DNA from: Podarcis liolepis
Lineage: Eukaryota
Assembly (NCBI GenBank): GCA_965112155.1
Contig: OZ218113.1
Strand: one strand, 5' to 3'
DNA length: 64,000 bases
Positions 23,074 through 36,261 of this stretch are shown here, in pieces. A program made the translations under genes and the position numbers. The notes beneath the pieces are model-generated. The model had not been told where the DNA came from, did not search any database, and was given only the letters and a program-made list of their open reading frames with translations. How positions within the stretch are numbered: position 1 is the stretch's first letter; each line of letters starts with the position of its first letter.

Positions 23074-24171
23074 GTGAGATACCTGACCCCACAGTCCTGT
23101 CCAGAGATTGGTACCATGCAGACTTTCTCATCCCTAGCAGCTCTGCCAAATTTTAAATGGGTATAGTAAAAATGTTGCCCAGTTCTTAGTCAATAGCCTG
23201 ATTTGCAGATAATGCTAAGTCATTACTTGTTTAGGCAAAATGGTGTGCGTTTGACTGTCTCAACAGGCTAACCATGGACTCTTCCAGGTGAGCTGCTGCT
23301 TGGACATGCATACCAATTTATTTGCACAAAGCTTTTACAATGAGGTTAAATTCTTTCTACTCTTTACTGAACATTCATCCTGATTTGCTTGTGTTTATAC
23401 ATCTTGTTAATCATTTGCTTGCCTCAATACATTTCTCTCTCACTTTCCTAACTGCAGCAAAAATAATTCTTTTTTTAAAATGGATTTGTTGTACTAGGGT
23501 GATGGAGTTCTTTAGTCCACTTTAATTGTGTAAACCTAACATTTCTGGGCATTCCCTTGAAAATCCCTTACACAAAATACTGGTAGTCTGGAGGCACCCC
23601 ATAGTTTGTCTTCTGGTGTTACACTGTGCTGAGAAATCCTGGTTGTTTTAACTTTGGTTTGGTGTTATGTCTGAAATCAGATGTTATGGCTCAGCCACCC
23701 CACCCCAAGCTACAAAGATGAAAGGCCAGGGCAGATGGAAAACAAAAAAAGCATTAGAGAATCAGTTTGCAGCGTGCTTGTCTGTGCAAGACAGCTCACG
23801 GTTTGTTCAACAAACCATAGCTTTCTGTTAATGTGCAAATGCAGCCAGTAGGGAAAATACCATCAGCTTTCCCCCAAAACTTTCCCACGACTCCTACAAA
23901 TTGTACTGTTCATGAGCTTCATTAGATACTTCTCGCCCTTTGGTGCAGTTCTCAGCAAGATGAAAACTGTCTACTTTTAGTCTATAATGTAGTTAAGCTT
24001 GGAAAGTTGATTGCTCAGAATGGCTGCTTGACTGAATGTAACAATAAACAGTGCTTCTCAGGTACCATAAATATACATTGAAGCTGCATGAGGCAGTTGG
24101 TTATAAAAGCTTTAGATAGCCCACAAATAATGATATGGATTAAAACATGTTTTGCTTTCTTTTCTCATCAG

Positions 24172-24230
24172 AGGATAGTTTAATACAAGAATTCCTTTCA
24201 ATGGATACATGCTACAGGATCTCAGATAAG
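24172..24230 (+). CDS. SPDYC: Speedy coding exon 2 (EDSLIQEFLSMDTCYRISDK)
   Basis: AG/GT bounded, 59 nt, start of the Speedy/RINGO box. Confidence 0.93.
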
Positions 24231-26068
24231 GTAGGTGTCTCTCCCCCCCCCCCCCCCCAGTCCTACACTTTCAGTATTACAGCATGGCATTCCAATTTTT
24301 AATTATATGAATGCCAAAGCAAAGAGGGAAATTTCACGACAACGTTTCTGGTTTGCTTCTTTCAGTGAGAGTGCTGGAGGGGAGGAATCAATGCAGTTAC
24401 TAGAAGAACACTGTTAATAGCATTTTTGTAGTAATTGCTTTATTTACATATATTCAAGCAGGAGTGTAGTGGAAGTAAATGAGCGGCCATACAGCAGGCA
24501 GCAGATCTACTCGCCTCTGAAACAAATATTCAAGCAATCCGCTCCACATGGCTTGCATCCCAGTTTCCACCAAAAGCAACTCTCATATCTCATACTTTTA
24601 AACATGCATATTAAGCCACTGGGAACAGTGATTTAGGGGGCAAAGCATCATCTGTATGCTGGTGCCCAGCTCTGTCTGTCTTTGTGCTGTCTGAATTTGG
24701 AGAAGCTGTACAGGTACTTAATCAGTGTCTTGAGACAGTGACAGGCTGGATGAAGACCAATAAACTGAAGCTGAATTCCCAAAATTTTTGAGGTGATTGG
24801 TGCTTCCCAGGTCCAGAAAATAGGTGAGCAGGCTACTCTGAACGGGCTTGCAATTCCCCCAGATACATTGGGTGCATAGTCTGCAGGTACTCCTTGACGC
24901 TACAATTTCTAGAGACTCAAGTGGCTTTGGTGGTGGGTTGCTACAGCTGTTCCTGGATAGAGAGAACCTAGCCACAGGTGTCCATGCCCCAATAACCTCC
25001 CATTTAGTTCTGTACATGGGGATGCCTGTAAAAACAATTTAGAGATTGCACCTAGTGAGAATTACAGACCCCAAGGTATTGACTAGTGCAGCTGTGCAAT
25101 ACTGGTCCTTAAAAATCTGCACTGGCTGTCCATTGACTACTGAACAAAGATTTAAATGGCTTTGGGCCCAGCTGTTTGAAGGAGCACACCTGCTTACTAT
25201 TTAAGGCCCACCACAGATTTTATTGTGCTTGTACCATTGCCAAACATAATTTGGGGTTTCAGAATAGAGCCTTCGTTAGGGTAGTGCTATGGGTGCAGAA
25301 CAGCCTCCCCCAACCCCAAAGTCATGCAGGAATCGTCACTATTTAGTTTTTGCTGCCAGCAGAAGACCCTTCTTTTCCGTATGACTTACACATTAGTAGT
25401 AGTAGTAACCATTTTAATGGTGTGACAGATGGAACAATTTACATGTTTAATTGTAGACTGTAATGGTAGTTTTTTAATCTGATTAGTTTATCTGTGTTTT
25501 AGTATGTAATCTGCCCTGATATTGTTTTGATGCTAAAGGGTGGGATATAGGAATTCAATAAATAAATATAATCCATTTTCAAAACTGCCTGCTTCACTAT
25601 CTGTAGCCTCCCCGCCCCCCCGCCCCCCAAAAAACCTGGTGCCTCCAGGTGTTTTCAACTGCAATTCCTATTGGCACCAACCAATCATGGCAGGCTGGGG
25701 CTGATGGAAGTTGTGGTCAAGAGCATCTAGTGGATACCAGGTTGTGGGAGGCTGTATAAAGAACTGCTTTTCAATTCAGGAGTTAAATTTCATTCAGACA
25801 GTATCACAGTGATAGGCCCATTTGCAATCAAGATTGGTAAAGGGAAAAAACAAGAAACACAAACCTCTGACTGAACTCTGGATAAAACCTTCCTGTGTAG
25901 TAATCAACCAGCAAAGCAGGGCATAATGTTGATTCTTTGCTTCTTGTTGGAAGAATGTCTTGTAGCTGACTTTTCTACCCTCTTAATGCTTTTGCCTTCC
26001 TTTCACATCTCTTAAATTATTATTGTGCTCTGCTATAGACTTTATTAAAGCTAAGCTGTCTTATTCAG

Positions 26069-26154
26069 TATCTTATAGCTATGACTATGATGTACTTTAA
26101 ACGTGCTGGCCTGCATACGGAGGAATACACACGGACTAATCTCTTCATAGCTCT
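26069..26154 (+). CDS. SPDYC: Speedy coding exon 3 (YLIAMTMMYFKRAGLHTEEYTRTNLFIAL)
   Basis: AG/GT bounded, 86 nt, Speedy box motif YFKRAGL. Confidence 0.93.
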
Positions 26155-27010
26155 GTAAGTTTATTTTGGTGCTCTTCTATTGATTTGGTCGTGTGGGGAG
26201 GTGACCTGTAATATTGATAAGACTAGGAGTTTAGTCCATGTCACCAAATACTAGCTATTCATCATATTTATTAGTGCAGCAGAACACCTCTTACAAAGTG
26301 GGGTGAAAGGTTACTATATTAGTTCACTGTAAGTTAACAACATGTGAAACTAATTGTGTTTCTCCCAGTCACAATTTAGTTACAGGTGCAGAGGACCCCT
26401 GTTTCTAACTGGAAACTGTAACAATGGGGAGAAGGGAGCTAAACTTTCCTTCTCACCCAAATTCCATCAGTACAATTGCAGCAAAAATCACCTGTCCCCA
26501 AAGTGCAAATAGGTTTAGAGAAAACTCCTGTTGTAAGCAAGTAGACCTTTTGTTTTTCCTAAAGGTGATGATGGCAGGTGATCTTTTTTCTTTCTTTTTT
26601 CTTTGCAAATGAGGTTGTTGAAGAACATGATCAAGGGCAGCCCAATTAGTGTCATGTGCATCTAGGCCCCAAGACTGCAATCTTAACCTGTTATACAGGT
26701 GCTAATTGTTGAGGGGCAACTTCAAGGTTCCTCCTACTCTCTTTTCTTGGGCTTTTTTGTGAGTTGAACCAGACAACACTTCAAATAGAGGGCTGTTATT
26801 TGTAGAACACGTGGCCACTCTTGATGGTGGAGAGGAACGATATGGGCTATGGTGAGCAACTTTTGACCCCTTAGTTTTTGAAACTTTATTATAAGCTGGA
26901 ACATAACTTCTCTGGTGAACTCCTTCTGCTGCTTGAAGACCATCCATTGCTTTATGAAGGAATTCTGGGGGCCTTCCACTGTCCTCCACACCACTTTGTC
27001 CTGATTACAG

Positions 27011-27182
27011 GTACCTAGCAAATGACATGGAAGAAGACACAGAGGACTACAAATATGAGATCTTCCCTTGGGCACTTGGTGAAAACTGGAGGAAGCTTTT
27101 CCCACAGTTCCTGAAAATGCGGGATGGCTTTTGGGCCAAAATGAAGTACAGAGCATTTGTTAGCAGACGCTGCTGTGACGAG
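27011..27182 (+). CDS. SPDYC: Speedy coding exon 4 ([23 protein letters not shown]...VSRRCCDE)
   Basis: AG/GT bounded, 172 nt, signature YLANDMEED. Confidence 0.96.
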
Positions 27183-28008
27183 GTTAGCTGCAGATCACTT
27201 GACTTGCCGTGTTCTTGGTGTTGGTGTGTTAAGATGAATGAAGTTGGGTGCACTAGTGGTGGCAGGGAGAGCAGAATAATCCTCTCATCCTGCTGGGGGA
27301 TCTACTGGAATTTGTTTCCTTGGGATGGGGGGTAGAAACAATATGGCTGAAGGAAATTCAAAAGTCACAAGGTTCCGTCCTTGGCATCTCAGGTACGATT
27401 GGGAAAGTCTCTTGTATTTTTATTTAATTTAGCAAACTTCTGTACCGCCTTTCAAGAACAAAATTCTCCCCAAGGCAGTTCCCATGAAATACAACAACAA
27501 GATCTTAAAACAACTCAGTAAAAGAATCCCATATAATTAAAAGTAACAATCAAACATCAAAATTGCAGCATAATGTATTTACCATGACCGGGTGACACAG
27601 GCTGTTTATACACACTACCTTTAAAGCACATTCAAAGAATGAACTTTCTCCTCACATAATTTTGGGCACTCTAGTTTGCTGAGAATTGTAGCTCCGTGGG
27701 GGTAAACTACAATGCCCAGACTTTTTTTTAAAAAGTGCTTTAAAGTTGTAATGGGTATGCAGCTACAATCAGATCCCTAGCTGCAATTCGGCTCTACAGT
27801 CAAGACAAAAAAAAAAAATGTTAATAAAGTCTGTATAAAACTATCCAGGCATAAGCCATGCCTAACATTGTATGGAACATTATTCCACAATTGCTGGATG
27901 ACCACCAAAAAAGCAGCAGGCTAATGTCCTTTTCTGGTGATCATGTTAATAGGTCTTCAGAAATGAAGGTATGGGCAGTGGCGTGTGCATGTAGACAATA
28001 CTTCTAAT

Positions 28009-28144
28009 CAGTGTTATATTTTTAGAAAAAAGTGGTGCCAGAACGCACCATGAACACCTCCCTCTTTCTCTTAGAATGGCAATGGTACCCACCTGAGGTG
28101 CCGGAACTGAGTTCTGGCGAGTTTCCCCTGGAAAAAAAGCCCTG
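28009..28144. mobile_element. hAT-like MITE
   Basis: cagtg...aaaaaaagccctg ends; imperfect 8-bp TSD cttctaat / cttgtaag. Confidence 0.45.
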
Positions 28145-28379
28145 CTTGTAAGAATAAAACCCTGGAGAACTGTTAACAATCAGCGATGACCTCAGGTTTG
28201 AGGACTGAATTTGACCCTCCAGGCCACATCCTCTCACTGGCCATACTGAGTTAAATGGACCAGAGATTTGCCTCTATGCTATATGGCAGGTTACATGGCA
28301 CAAAATGTTTGGTTCTCTTTCCCCAAAGTTTTCCGAACATAGTTTTCTTTTGGGATGATTTAGGCTTCCTTTTTTCTAG

Positions 28380-28665
28380 ATAATGTTAAAGGAGCCCACA
28401 CACTGGGTCTGGTCCCGTGAACGAGCCATTCACCACAGTGGGGCGCTGAGGAGTTACCTGAAAAATGAAGAAGACTTATTCCCTAGAGGCCCTGGCATTA
28501 CGCCCCCAGTCTGCCTTCTCTGTGTGTTTGATCTGGAAAAAGAAGATGCTGGAATAATGACACCTCTTGCTAGCAGTATTCCTGCCAGTGACTTGCTGCC
28601 CTCCACAGCACCGAAGCAGAGTTTGAGTGGCTTCCCTTTGCTGATGACTGACTACAGCATGCAGA
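28380..28665 (+). CDS. SPDYC: Speedy coding exon 5 ([27 protein letters not shown]...DYSMQ)
   Basis: tag acceptor, a|gtaagt donor, 286 nt; conserved HW.W.R.R..HHSGA and FPRGPG motifs. Confidence 0.92.
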
Positions 28666-29761
28666 GTAAGTACTAACGGTGCCCAACTTTCAGCTTTTTG
28701 GAGTCTCTTAATATACGGCATTCATTCCTGCTTGGGAAAGTGTTGGCAAATTGTTCCCCTCTCCCCTTGTGGTTGTGGGGTGCAGGCTGAGATTTGAATC
28801 TGAAAAAGCAAATATTAAATTCATAGAAAGCCATGAGTCTGATAAGATTACAGAAAGATGGTGCAACTTCCTATGTTTACAATGTGGGTTTGATACCTTC
28901 CAACTGTCCCAGTCCCAGAGGACATGCATAGTAGAGCCTTAAAGCAGCCTTCACCAACACCCAGCAGTTGTAATCCAAAACACCCATGCTGGGGGAAGGC
29001 TGCTTTAAGACACGTTTACCACTGAAAATGTACTGGAACGGCTTTTGAGCTGCAGATGCTCCTGAGCTGGTTTTTCTCATCGGGTGCTAAAGAAAGTTTA
29101 ACCACACTCCTGTTTTCCCAGACATCTGGGTGCAGGTGTGGCAAAATTCTCCCAACATGTGGTGAGCTGATCACTAGTACCTTCAGTTAAGAGTGAATGC
29201 ATACCCCACTGAGGCAAGTTACTGCTTGGTAAATGAGCACCCCTGTTGTGTCCTGTTGGCAAATCTCTCTCCCCTGCCTCCTCCTATTAAAGAATGAGTG
29301 TGTTAAACAGTGAAAATATGCACACTTACAGACTTGGTAGATTATTATTATTGTCTACTTCCGTTCAGGCCCAACTACCAACTGGGAGTAAGGAAAGAAT
29401 GTTTCTCTTAGGGGTTATCTTGCAACATTCTCACACAGAAGTAATCTGGAATTGCTGATATGCTCAGCACTCTGCTTGGTGTACATGCACTCTGTATGGC
29501 ACCAGAATTTAGTGTGGATTGGTTGACGTAGTGTTGTTGGAAAGATGGCTATCCCTTCAAATGGGGATTTAATAACTTTGTGAACCCTTTTAAAGCACTT
29601 GATTTATAGCTTGCCTTATTCTATGGGCTCTGCAGTCTGCCCCTACTCCTGACAGAAGGCTTCTGTCCTTAAGGGATTCATAACTTTCTAATCAATATTT
29701 CTAAAATATAACTGCTAAACTCCCAAAGGCATAGTTTCAGTCTGAATCTTTTTTTGGGCAG

Positions 29762-29835
29762 GCCTACAGGAACCTGTGATGGAGGCAGAAGGAACACCCA
29801 AAGACTGCCAATATCTGATAGCGTCCGAAGGCTGA
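29762..29835 (+). CDS. SPDYC: Speedy last coding exon (SLQEPVMEAEGTPKDCQYLIASEG*); total CDS 897 nt, 298 aa
   Basis: Phase-1 acceptor fits; LQEP motif as in the Xenopus RINGO C-terminus; ATTAAA at 29967. Confidence 0.75.
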
Positions 29836-29995
29836 AGACAACCCTCTGCAATATTTTTCTCCTTGGAGTGGCATTATTTGGATGTTCTTATTCTACATCT
29901 GCGGTGATCTATTTATTAAGCACTTTATCTTCACGTTCATAAATACACAGCAATGCCTGCTTGTGTATTAAAAAAAGCTATTCAGTATAACTTGT

Positions 29996-29996
29996 G

Positions 29997-30049
<53 letters not shown>

Positions 30050-30570
30050 TTAGATTTATATACCACCCTTCATCTGAAGACCACAGGGCAGTTTACAATA
30101 CAAAATAAGGACACCAAATTCATAACATAATAAAAACCAGTAAAGCCCCTTCCCAAAAACACATTTAAAAGGCCATAAATTGTTTAATCAGCCAAACATC
30201 TGGTTATTGAGGAACATTTTCACCTGGCACCTAAAAATATGTCATGAAGTGTCAGGTGAGCTTCCCTGGGGAGAGGACACAAGAAGAATCTCAGATGATG
30301 ATCGCATTGTCCAGGTCAGTTCATGTGAGGAGATGTGGTCCTTGAGGTTTTGGGGTCGTGAGCCATTTAAGGCTTTATATGTCAAAACCAGCACTGTGGA
30401 TTGGGCCCAGAGTACTTGGGCCAGGACTGGTGTTACGAGCTCAGACCATCTTGCCCTGGTAAGCAACCTTGCCACTGAATTCTGCACTAGCGGAAGTTTC
30501 TAAATTGCGTTCAAAGGCAGCCCCACGTATAATGCATTCCAGTAGTTTTAACCTAGAGGTTACCACCGCC
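29996..30570 (-). mobile_element. L2 LINE 3' fragment with a (TTA)n microsatellite tail at 29996-30047
   Basis: Minus strand encodes QNSVARLLT...ITPVL...LTYKALNG, an L2 ORF2 C-terminus-like sequence. Confidence 0.75.
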
Positions 30571-30904
30571 AGCTGAGCAGACTCTTCATAAAGATGTCTG
30601 GGAGAAAAGGCCGCAATTTAATTTCTGGAACATTTAATGGCAAGTTTACCAATTGTGAGCCATTAGAAATGACTTTTTGAAGGTTTACACCCTTGCCTTT
30701 TGCTAGCAAGGAATGGAGTGGTCAAGGGTGACCTACTTTGTTTATTCTTCTCTTTGTACCCCTGCCCCCTTTCCTGGCTTGACTTATTAAGGTACCAGTT
30801 CTGCTGAAATATTTTTTATTATACATATTTGGTTCCCACCCATTTTTTTAAAAAAGGTACTGTGTAATTTAGATAGATAGCATGCTACCCTAATATATTG
30901 AGTG

Positions 30905-31501
30905 GTGTGAGATTGCAGGGGGTTCCAGACACCTTACACAGGGTTTGGTTTCCTTGGAACAGGCTTCCTCAAACTCCCTCCAGATGTTTTGGGACTACAG
31001 TTCCCATCATCCCTGACCACTGGTCCTGCTAGCTAGGGATCATGGGAGTTGTAGGCCAAAAACATCTGGAGGGTCGAGTGAAGAAGCCTGCCTTGGCATG
31101 AGGAACAGCAGAGACTCTGGTGGTTTTATGATATGATTTATTTACACCTATATACAACCTGAGCCTTCAACACCCCCAGAAGGTCTGCTCCCATAGCCAC
31201 AGCCTTGGATCCTAGCAGAAGCCAGGCATTCACCCTCACAGGCTTTCTGCCTGCCACTAGCTGCTAGTTTGCACACACAACTCTGGCCTTTTCCCTTCTA
31301 ACCACCAGCCAGTTGAGGGAGGGGGAGCACCTATTTGCTCTCTGGCACAGAGCCACTTCCTTTGTTACCTTAGGGACCCATACTTAGGCCATTGCCTCAC
31401 CAACAAGCTGCCCTGACTATTCCAGCAATTGAATCTTTGCCAGATCCAGGAATTGGAAAGGAACTCATGGAATACAGCCTAACCACCCCCAACTCACAAC
31501 A
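30905..31501 (-). mobile_element. Solo-LTR-like element interrupted by a hAT MITE
   Basis: Minus strand begins tgttgtgag and contains gtaaataaa; boundaries uncertain. Confidence 0.35.
30960..31090. mobile_element. Palindromic hAT MITE, about 135 bp
   Basis: caggctt...aagcctg TIR; TSD ccttggaa / ccttggca. Confidence 0.8.
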
Positions 31502-32249
31502 CATTCTACTCTTAGGCTGGTCTGTACCTTTGAAAAAGAGCAGCCCATTAACCTTCCCTAGTTGATAAGATCTAATACTGAACCATTTTTACAGTCCATT
31601 GCCCTCACTTGTCTAGTACGAACTGTATCCCCCCTGTTGTGCTGTGTTCGCCTTTTAAACTTCTGCCAACCTTAGAAAACCTGACTTAAAATAAAAGATC
31701 CAGTAATAACCCAAACACCACAATTTTTGATCATAATTGCCACAGATTTCTGACTTTAAGAGATGGAGTGAGCCTTTCTCTAGCTATCTACATACACATC
31801 AGCACATGCTCTGCTATTAGGAACAGCCTTCTGTCCATCTGTGTCTGCCCATCTAGTTCAGTGTTGTCTACACTGACTGGCAGTGGCTCCAGAGCCCTCC
31901 CGCAGGTGTGGGGAACCGTTGCCCCCCCCAGATGTTGCTGAGCTGCAACTCCCACCATCCCTTGCCATTGGCCAAGCCCGTTGGCTTTCTCGGTTTTTTG
32001 GTCCTGAGACATCTTGAGGACCAAAGGGTCGCCACACCTGTCGTAACGGGAGATGCTGCAGGGAGTGCACCTGGGACCTTTTGCACGGAACGCACGCGAT
32101 CTCCCACTGGTCCGAAACGCCTTCCCCCCAATGGCCAGTGCCTTTCAGCACCCTGTCCGCCTGGTTGTTCCTCCAGGTGTTCTGGAACTACGCTCCCTAG
32201 TCAAACGGGCTATGCTAGCTGGGGGCTGATGGGAGATGGATTCCCCAAA

Positions 32250-33250
32250 CACCCGGGAGGGCCACCTGGTGGGGTACCCTGAATCTCAGCTGCAGAGAGG
32301 AGACGCTCCGGAGTCACCCTAAGAGGGGCGATGCGTGAGCGCGTCTCTGTGCGCTCCCTTCGGCCCCGCCGTTGCAATGCAGAGAAGGATGCAGCGAGCG
32401 AGCCGAGAAAGCTGCCGCCGCCCTGTTTTGCTGGAAGCCAAGCGGCTGTAAGAGAGAATAGGAGCAGGCCGGCCCGCTCAAAACTTCCTTCCCAAGCTGG
32501 CATGGCCCCTCTTTCCCCGAATCGGGCCTCCTCCTTCCCCCCATCTCTCCTGCCCGCCTCCAGGCTTCCCTTTGCTGGCGTGTGTGTTTGTGCGTCTTGC
32601 TTCACGCTCCTGGCCCTGGGCAAACGCCCATTTTTATGGAAGGAGGAGTTTGGCAGGGAGGAGTCGCTGCTCTGCGAATTGGCAGCGATAGCGGGACTCT
32701 GGGCGGGTTGCAGAGGGCGGGGAGGGGGGGTGAAGCTACGCTCGCCTGCCTGCCTGCCTGCCTGGGCTTCCCCCTCCCACCCCCCGGTTCCTGTCTGCGC
32801 TTCTTCGGCTTGCAAAAGGTTGCCTTGACGCGGAGCCAGGCCGAGGCAACGATCTAGGCACAGGTAAAATGAAATGAACAGCTTTGGGGAGCTGCAGTGG
32901 GCTTGGGAGGGGGCTATTTTAAGTGCGGGCGCTGGAGGTTTGGAAGCAGCTGAGAGCGCGGGTCGGGTGGGGGCGAAGGGGAAGGAGTTGCATTTCTGCT
33001 ATTATTTAATAAAGCGCCTCCGCCTCTTGCACAACTCCAGCCCTCCTGCGGGACGGAGTTTCCGCCGCCCTGCGGATCAGGTCCTTTTCTGTACCGCTTC
33101 CAATTGACTCGAATTGTTGCAGTGAGGGGTGATAAGGAATACAGAGCCCTAGTTTCGATCCCCCGAAAGGAGGGAGGTGCGTAAGTTTAGCAACCTCTTT
33201 TCGCCGCCACCCCAAAAAAGGGCTTAATCGCGGCCAAGATTCTCTGCCAA
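32250..33250 (+). promoter_or_regulatory. CAPN1 CpG-island promoter and probable non-coding exon 1 (donor cag|gtaaaa after 32863)
   Basis: CpG-rich, GC boxes (gggcggg near 32701 and 32715), splice donor; the first coding exon of CAPN1 has an acceptor, so an upstream exon is required. Confidence 0.65.
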
Positions 33251-34519
33251 GGAAACTCTTTTCGGCGAGATCCAGTGTGACGTTAAGAGTGGGGAATACG
33301 TCACCTCTGACCATGTGCAGAGAGATTTCTTTTCCTCATCTCTTAGGAAAGAGAGCCAGACCCTGCAACACATGCAGAATTCCAAAGGAGAAATCAGATT
33401 CTTAAAAATTATAGACATTTCCAACGTGGGTAGAAAATATATATGCAGCTTAACTTAACACATTCAGAAGGGTGGCAGGACTAGTCTGTCTCTGCAGGAA
33501 CAAGAGTTTTGCAGGCACAAATCTCTTGGTTGTGGCTGAGCTAGGAAATGCTAACCTTGAAAAGGGGGTTAATGGCTATGTTCCAAGCTCCTTTGTCTAA
33601 AATGTTTTGGAAATAATTACTGCTATTAAAACCAATAAAACCTGGTGCTGCCTTCAAAAACGGTCTTCCACTGCTGTATGTGCTCTTAAGTTACAAAGCT
33701 GAGCTTGGTTCTGCATGCAGGGGGGGGGGGCCCAGGCTCCCCAGAAAGGGAGCTGCTGCCAGTCAGTGCGGACAGGATGGATCTAGATAGATAACTGGCC
33801 TGACTCAGTACGAAGCTAGTTTCCTTTTTTGCTTACGTCCAACTCGGTTAGGAAGGTCTGTATTAATTCCCATTGTAGATGGAGCTGAGAGCAGTACAGC
33901 AAAGAACAGATAAAGAGATATTACATTTGGGGCGGGGAGGGGGGTACTTGAAGAAGGTGACACTCTCATAGCCTAGCAACAATTGGAGAAGCACTGCAGT
34001 CAGGAGTGTGGCGAAATTAAGTACTTTCCACACAACATGGATTACCTTGGAGAATTTACCGGCAGAAGGATGTAACAGTGGCTGCCAGTTGTTTAAAAAA
34101 GGTATTACGTAATTCCAGTGGAACTCCCAGTTCCAGAGGCAGTGTTTCTGAACACCAGTCGCTGGGGAGAGTTGCTGTAGCGATCAGGTCTTGCTTTCAG
34201 GCTTTCCTTGGGCATCTAACTTCCTGCATTGCAGGCAGTTGGACTAGATGAGCTTTGGGTCCCTTCCAACTCTACAATTCTGTTCTATGATCTGGTTGGC
34301 TCCTCTAAGAACAAGATGCTGGACCCTGAAGGGCCATTGGACTCATCTGGCAGCCAGGCTTTTCTGGTGTTCTTAGCTGGTGGGTGTTGCCATCATGCTT
34401 GGCTTGTGGGCTTCTGAGAACCCTCTGGCCACTGTTGGGAACAGGATCTTGGCTTGGGTGGATCTTTGGTGGGGCTCTTCTGCCAATGGAAGAGAGGATT
34501 AACAGGGAGTATGGGTTCC

Positions 34520-34790
34520 TCACTAGTGTTCGAAATTAGCCAGGTGCCAGGCGCATTTTGCACCTGGCTTTCAACCACTTGCGACCAAGAGAGGATGCTG
34601 GACACCAGGAGGGTATCTGACATCTCCACCAACTGGGGATCAATGAATCTGGATTGCTTTCACACACTAATACCCTGTTCTGAAGTATTTGATCAGTTAC
34701 ATTTTGTCTCCGCAATTGGAATTAATTTCAGGAACCCAAATGCTTTTTCTGTGCAGCCGGAGCAGGAGCAGAAGCCATTAAGAAACAAAG
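34520..34790 (+). repeat. Unclassified interspersed repeat; inverted copy near 52430-52700
   Basis: gtgttcgaaattag.caggtgccaggcgcattttgca...accacttgcgaccaag shared in opposite orientation. Confidence 0.7.
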
Positions 34791-34822
34791 GTCAATAGAT
34801 GGGCCAACACACTGACTCAGTA

Positions 34823-35054
34823 CAGTGGTACCTCGGGTTACATACGCTTCAGGTTACAGACTCCACTAACCCAGAAATAGTACCTCGGGTTAAGAACTTT
34901 GCTTCAGGATGAGAACAGAAATCATGCTCCGGCGGCGCAGCAGCAGCAGCGGGAGGCCCCATTAGCTAAAGTGGTGCTTCAGGTTAAGAACAGTTTCAGG
35001 TTAAGAACGGACCTCCGGAATGAATTAAGTACTTAACCCGAGGTTAAGTACCTG
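34823..35054. mobile_element. Tc1/mariner Tigger-like MITE (cagtggtacctc family)
   Basis: TA-flanked; four copies in the window. Confidence 0.8.
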
Positions 35055-35535
35055 TATAAGGAAGCTTCCCTGCCTTCTTCACCAGCAGCCTTCCAGGGAA
35101 AGAACTTTCAATTTAAGATCTCCTTTTTAACCCTCACCAGGCAGCAACCCTATAGATAAGCCTGTGATTAGTATTGGGTCTGTTTGTTTGTTTGTTTGTT
35201 TGTTTGTTTTGCTGGCCTGGTTTCCATGCTAGCTGTGTAGGAAGGGAAGTGCCTTGACTTTTACAGCCAGCAGGGAAAGCATTCCCAAGTAAGCTGTTGA
35301 AGGAGGGATGGTTGGCTCCCACCAGCCAGGCCAAAGGCAAGAGAGCCCCTTTCTCTGCAGCACAATATAGAAACACGGTGGGTTGGCTTCACTTTCTTGT
35401 TGTTACTTTTGGAAGGGGCCGTAGTTAAGTGGAAGAGCACCTGCTTTGCATGCAGAAGGTGCCAGGTTCGATCCTCAGCAGCGGCATCTCTCCTGCCTGC
35501 AGCCCCAGAGATCTGCTGCCAATCAATGTGTAGAC

Positions 35536-36261
35536 CAGGAGTCAGCAAACTTTTTCAGCCGGGGGCAGTCCACTGCCTCTCAGACCTTGTGGGGGGCCAG
35601 ACTATATTTGGGGTGGGGGGGGATGAACGAATTCCTATGCACACCAGGAAGGTCTCACAAATAACCCACCAATGCATTTTAAAAGGACACATTCCATTAG
35701 GCCAGACAGTATTGTAGATGATAAAAATTAAAATTAATTTTTTTTCTAACATCCACTGATGATAGCCATTGTTTGGATGGGGAGGCCCTCGCCTGGGTTT
35801 GGTTCTGTGTTGCGGCCTGCTAGGCCTCCTGCTGCCAGCACCTCTTCCGCACTTCGGGGGTGGGATGGGGGCCCTCCCGCCGGTAGCGGAAGCCCGATCG
35901 CTGCCGCGCCAGCAGCGGAGTAAGCTCTGGACTGAGGGAAGGCTCCGGAGGCTTTCCACCGGTAGCGGAGGCCCAATGATTGGGCAGCCGCTGGTCATGC
36001 GCAGCCGCCACCTGCCCATTGGCCAGGGCCTCAAACAGCTTTGCAGGCGATTGGCCGTGACTGGTGCCCGCCTTTGCTCGCAGGAGGGAGGGAGGAGGCA
36101 CCGCCGCAATGTGTGAGAGGGAGATGGGGGAGAAATGGCGGCGCAGGGGGGGAAATGGCGGCCGAAAAAACAAACAAACAAAAACCTACGCCGTTTGCGG
36201 GCTGGATCTTGAGGGCAACTGGGCCGGATCCAGCCCACAGCCCGTAGTTTGCCGACCCCTA
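35536..36261. mobile_element. Non-autonomous hAT (Charlie-like) element inserted into a tRNA-derived squamate SINE
   Basis: TIR caggagtcagcaaac / gtttgccgaccccta; perfect 8-bp TSD gtgtagac; the SINE resumes on both sides (about 35413-35535 and 36270-36360). Confidence 0.85.

Noticed and set aside
29836-29990. Pumilio/CPE translational control elements in the Speedy 3' UTR
   Set aside because: No exact TGTAnATA or TTTTAT found before the ATTAAA at 29967, and the true UTR end is unknown
32627-32640. CArG box
   Set aside because: CC-(A/T)8-GG has the wrong spacing; SRF needs 6
32210-32857. 165-201 aa ORFs at the CAPN1 promoter
   Set aside because: CpG-island ORFs with no recognisable homology or splice-compatible continuation
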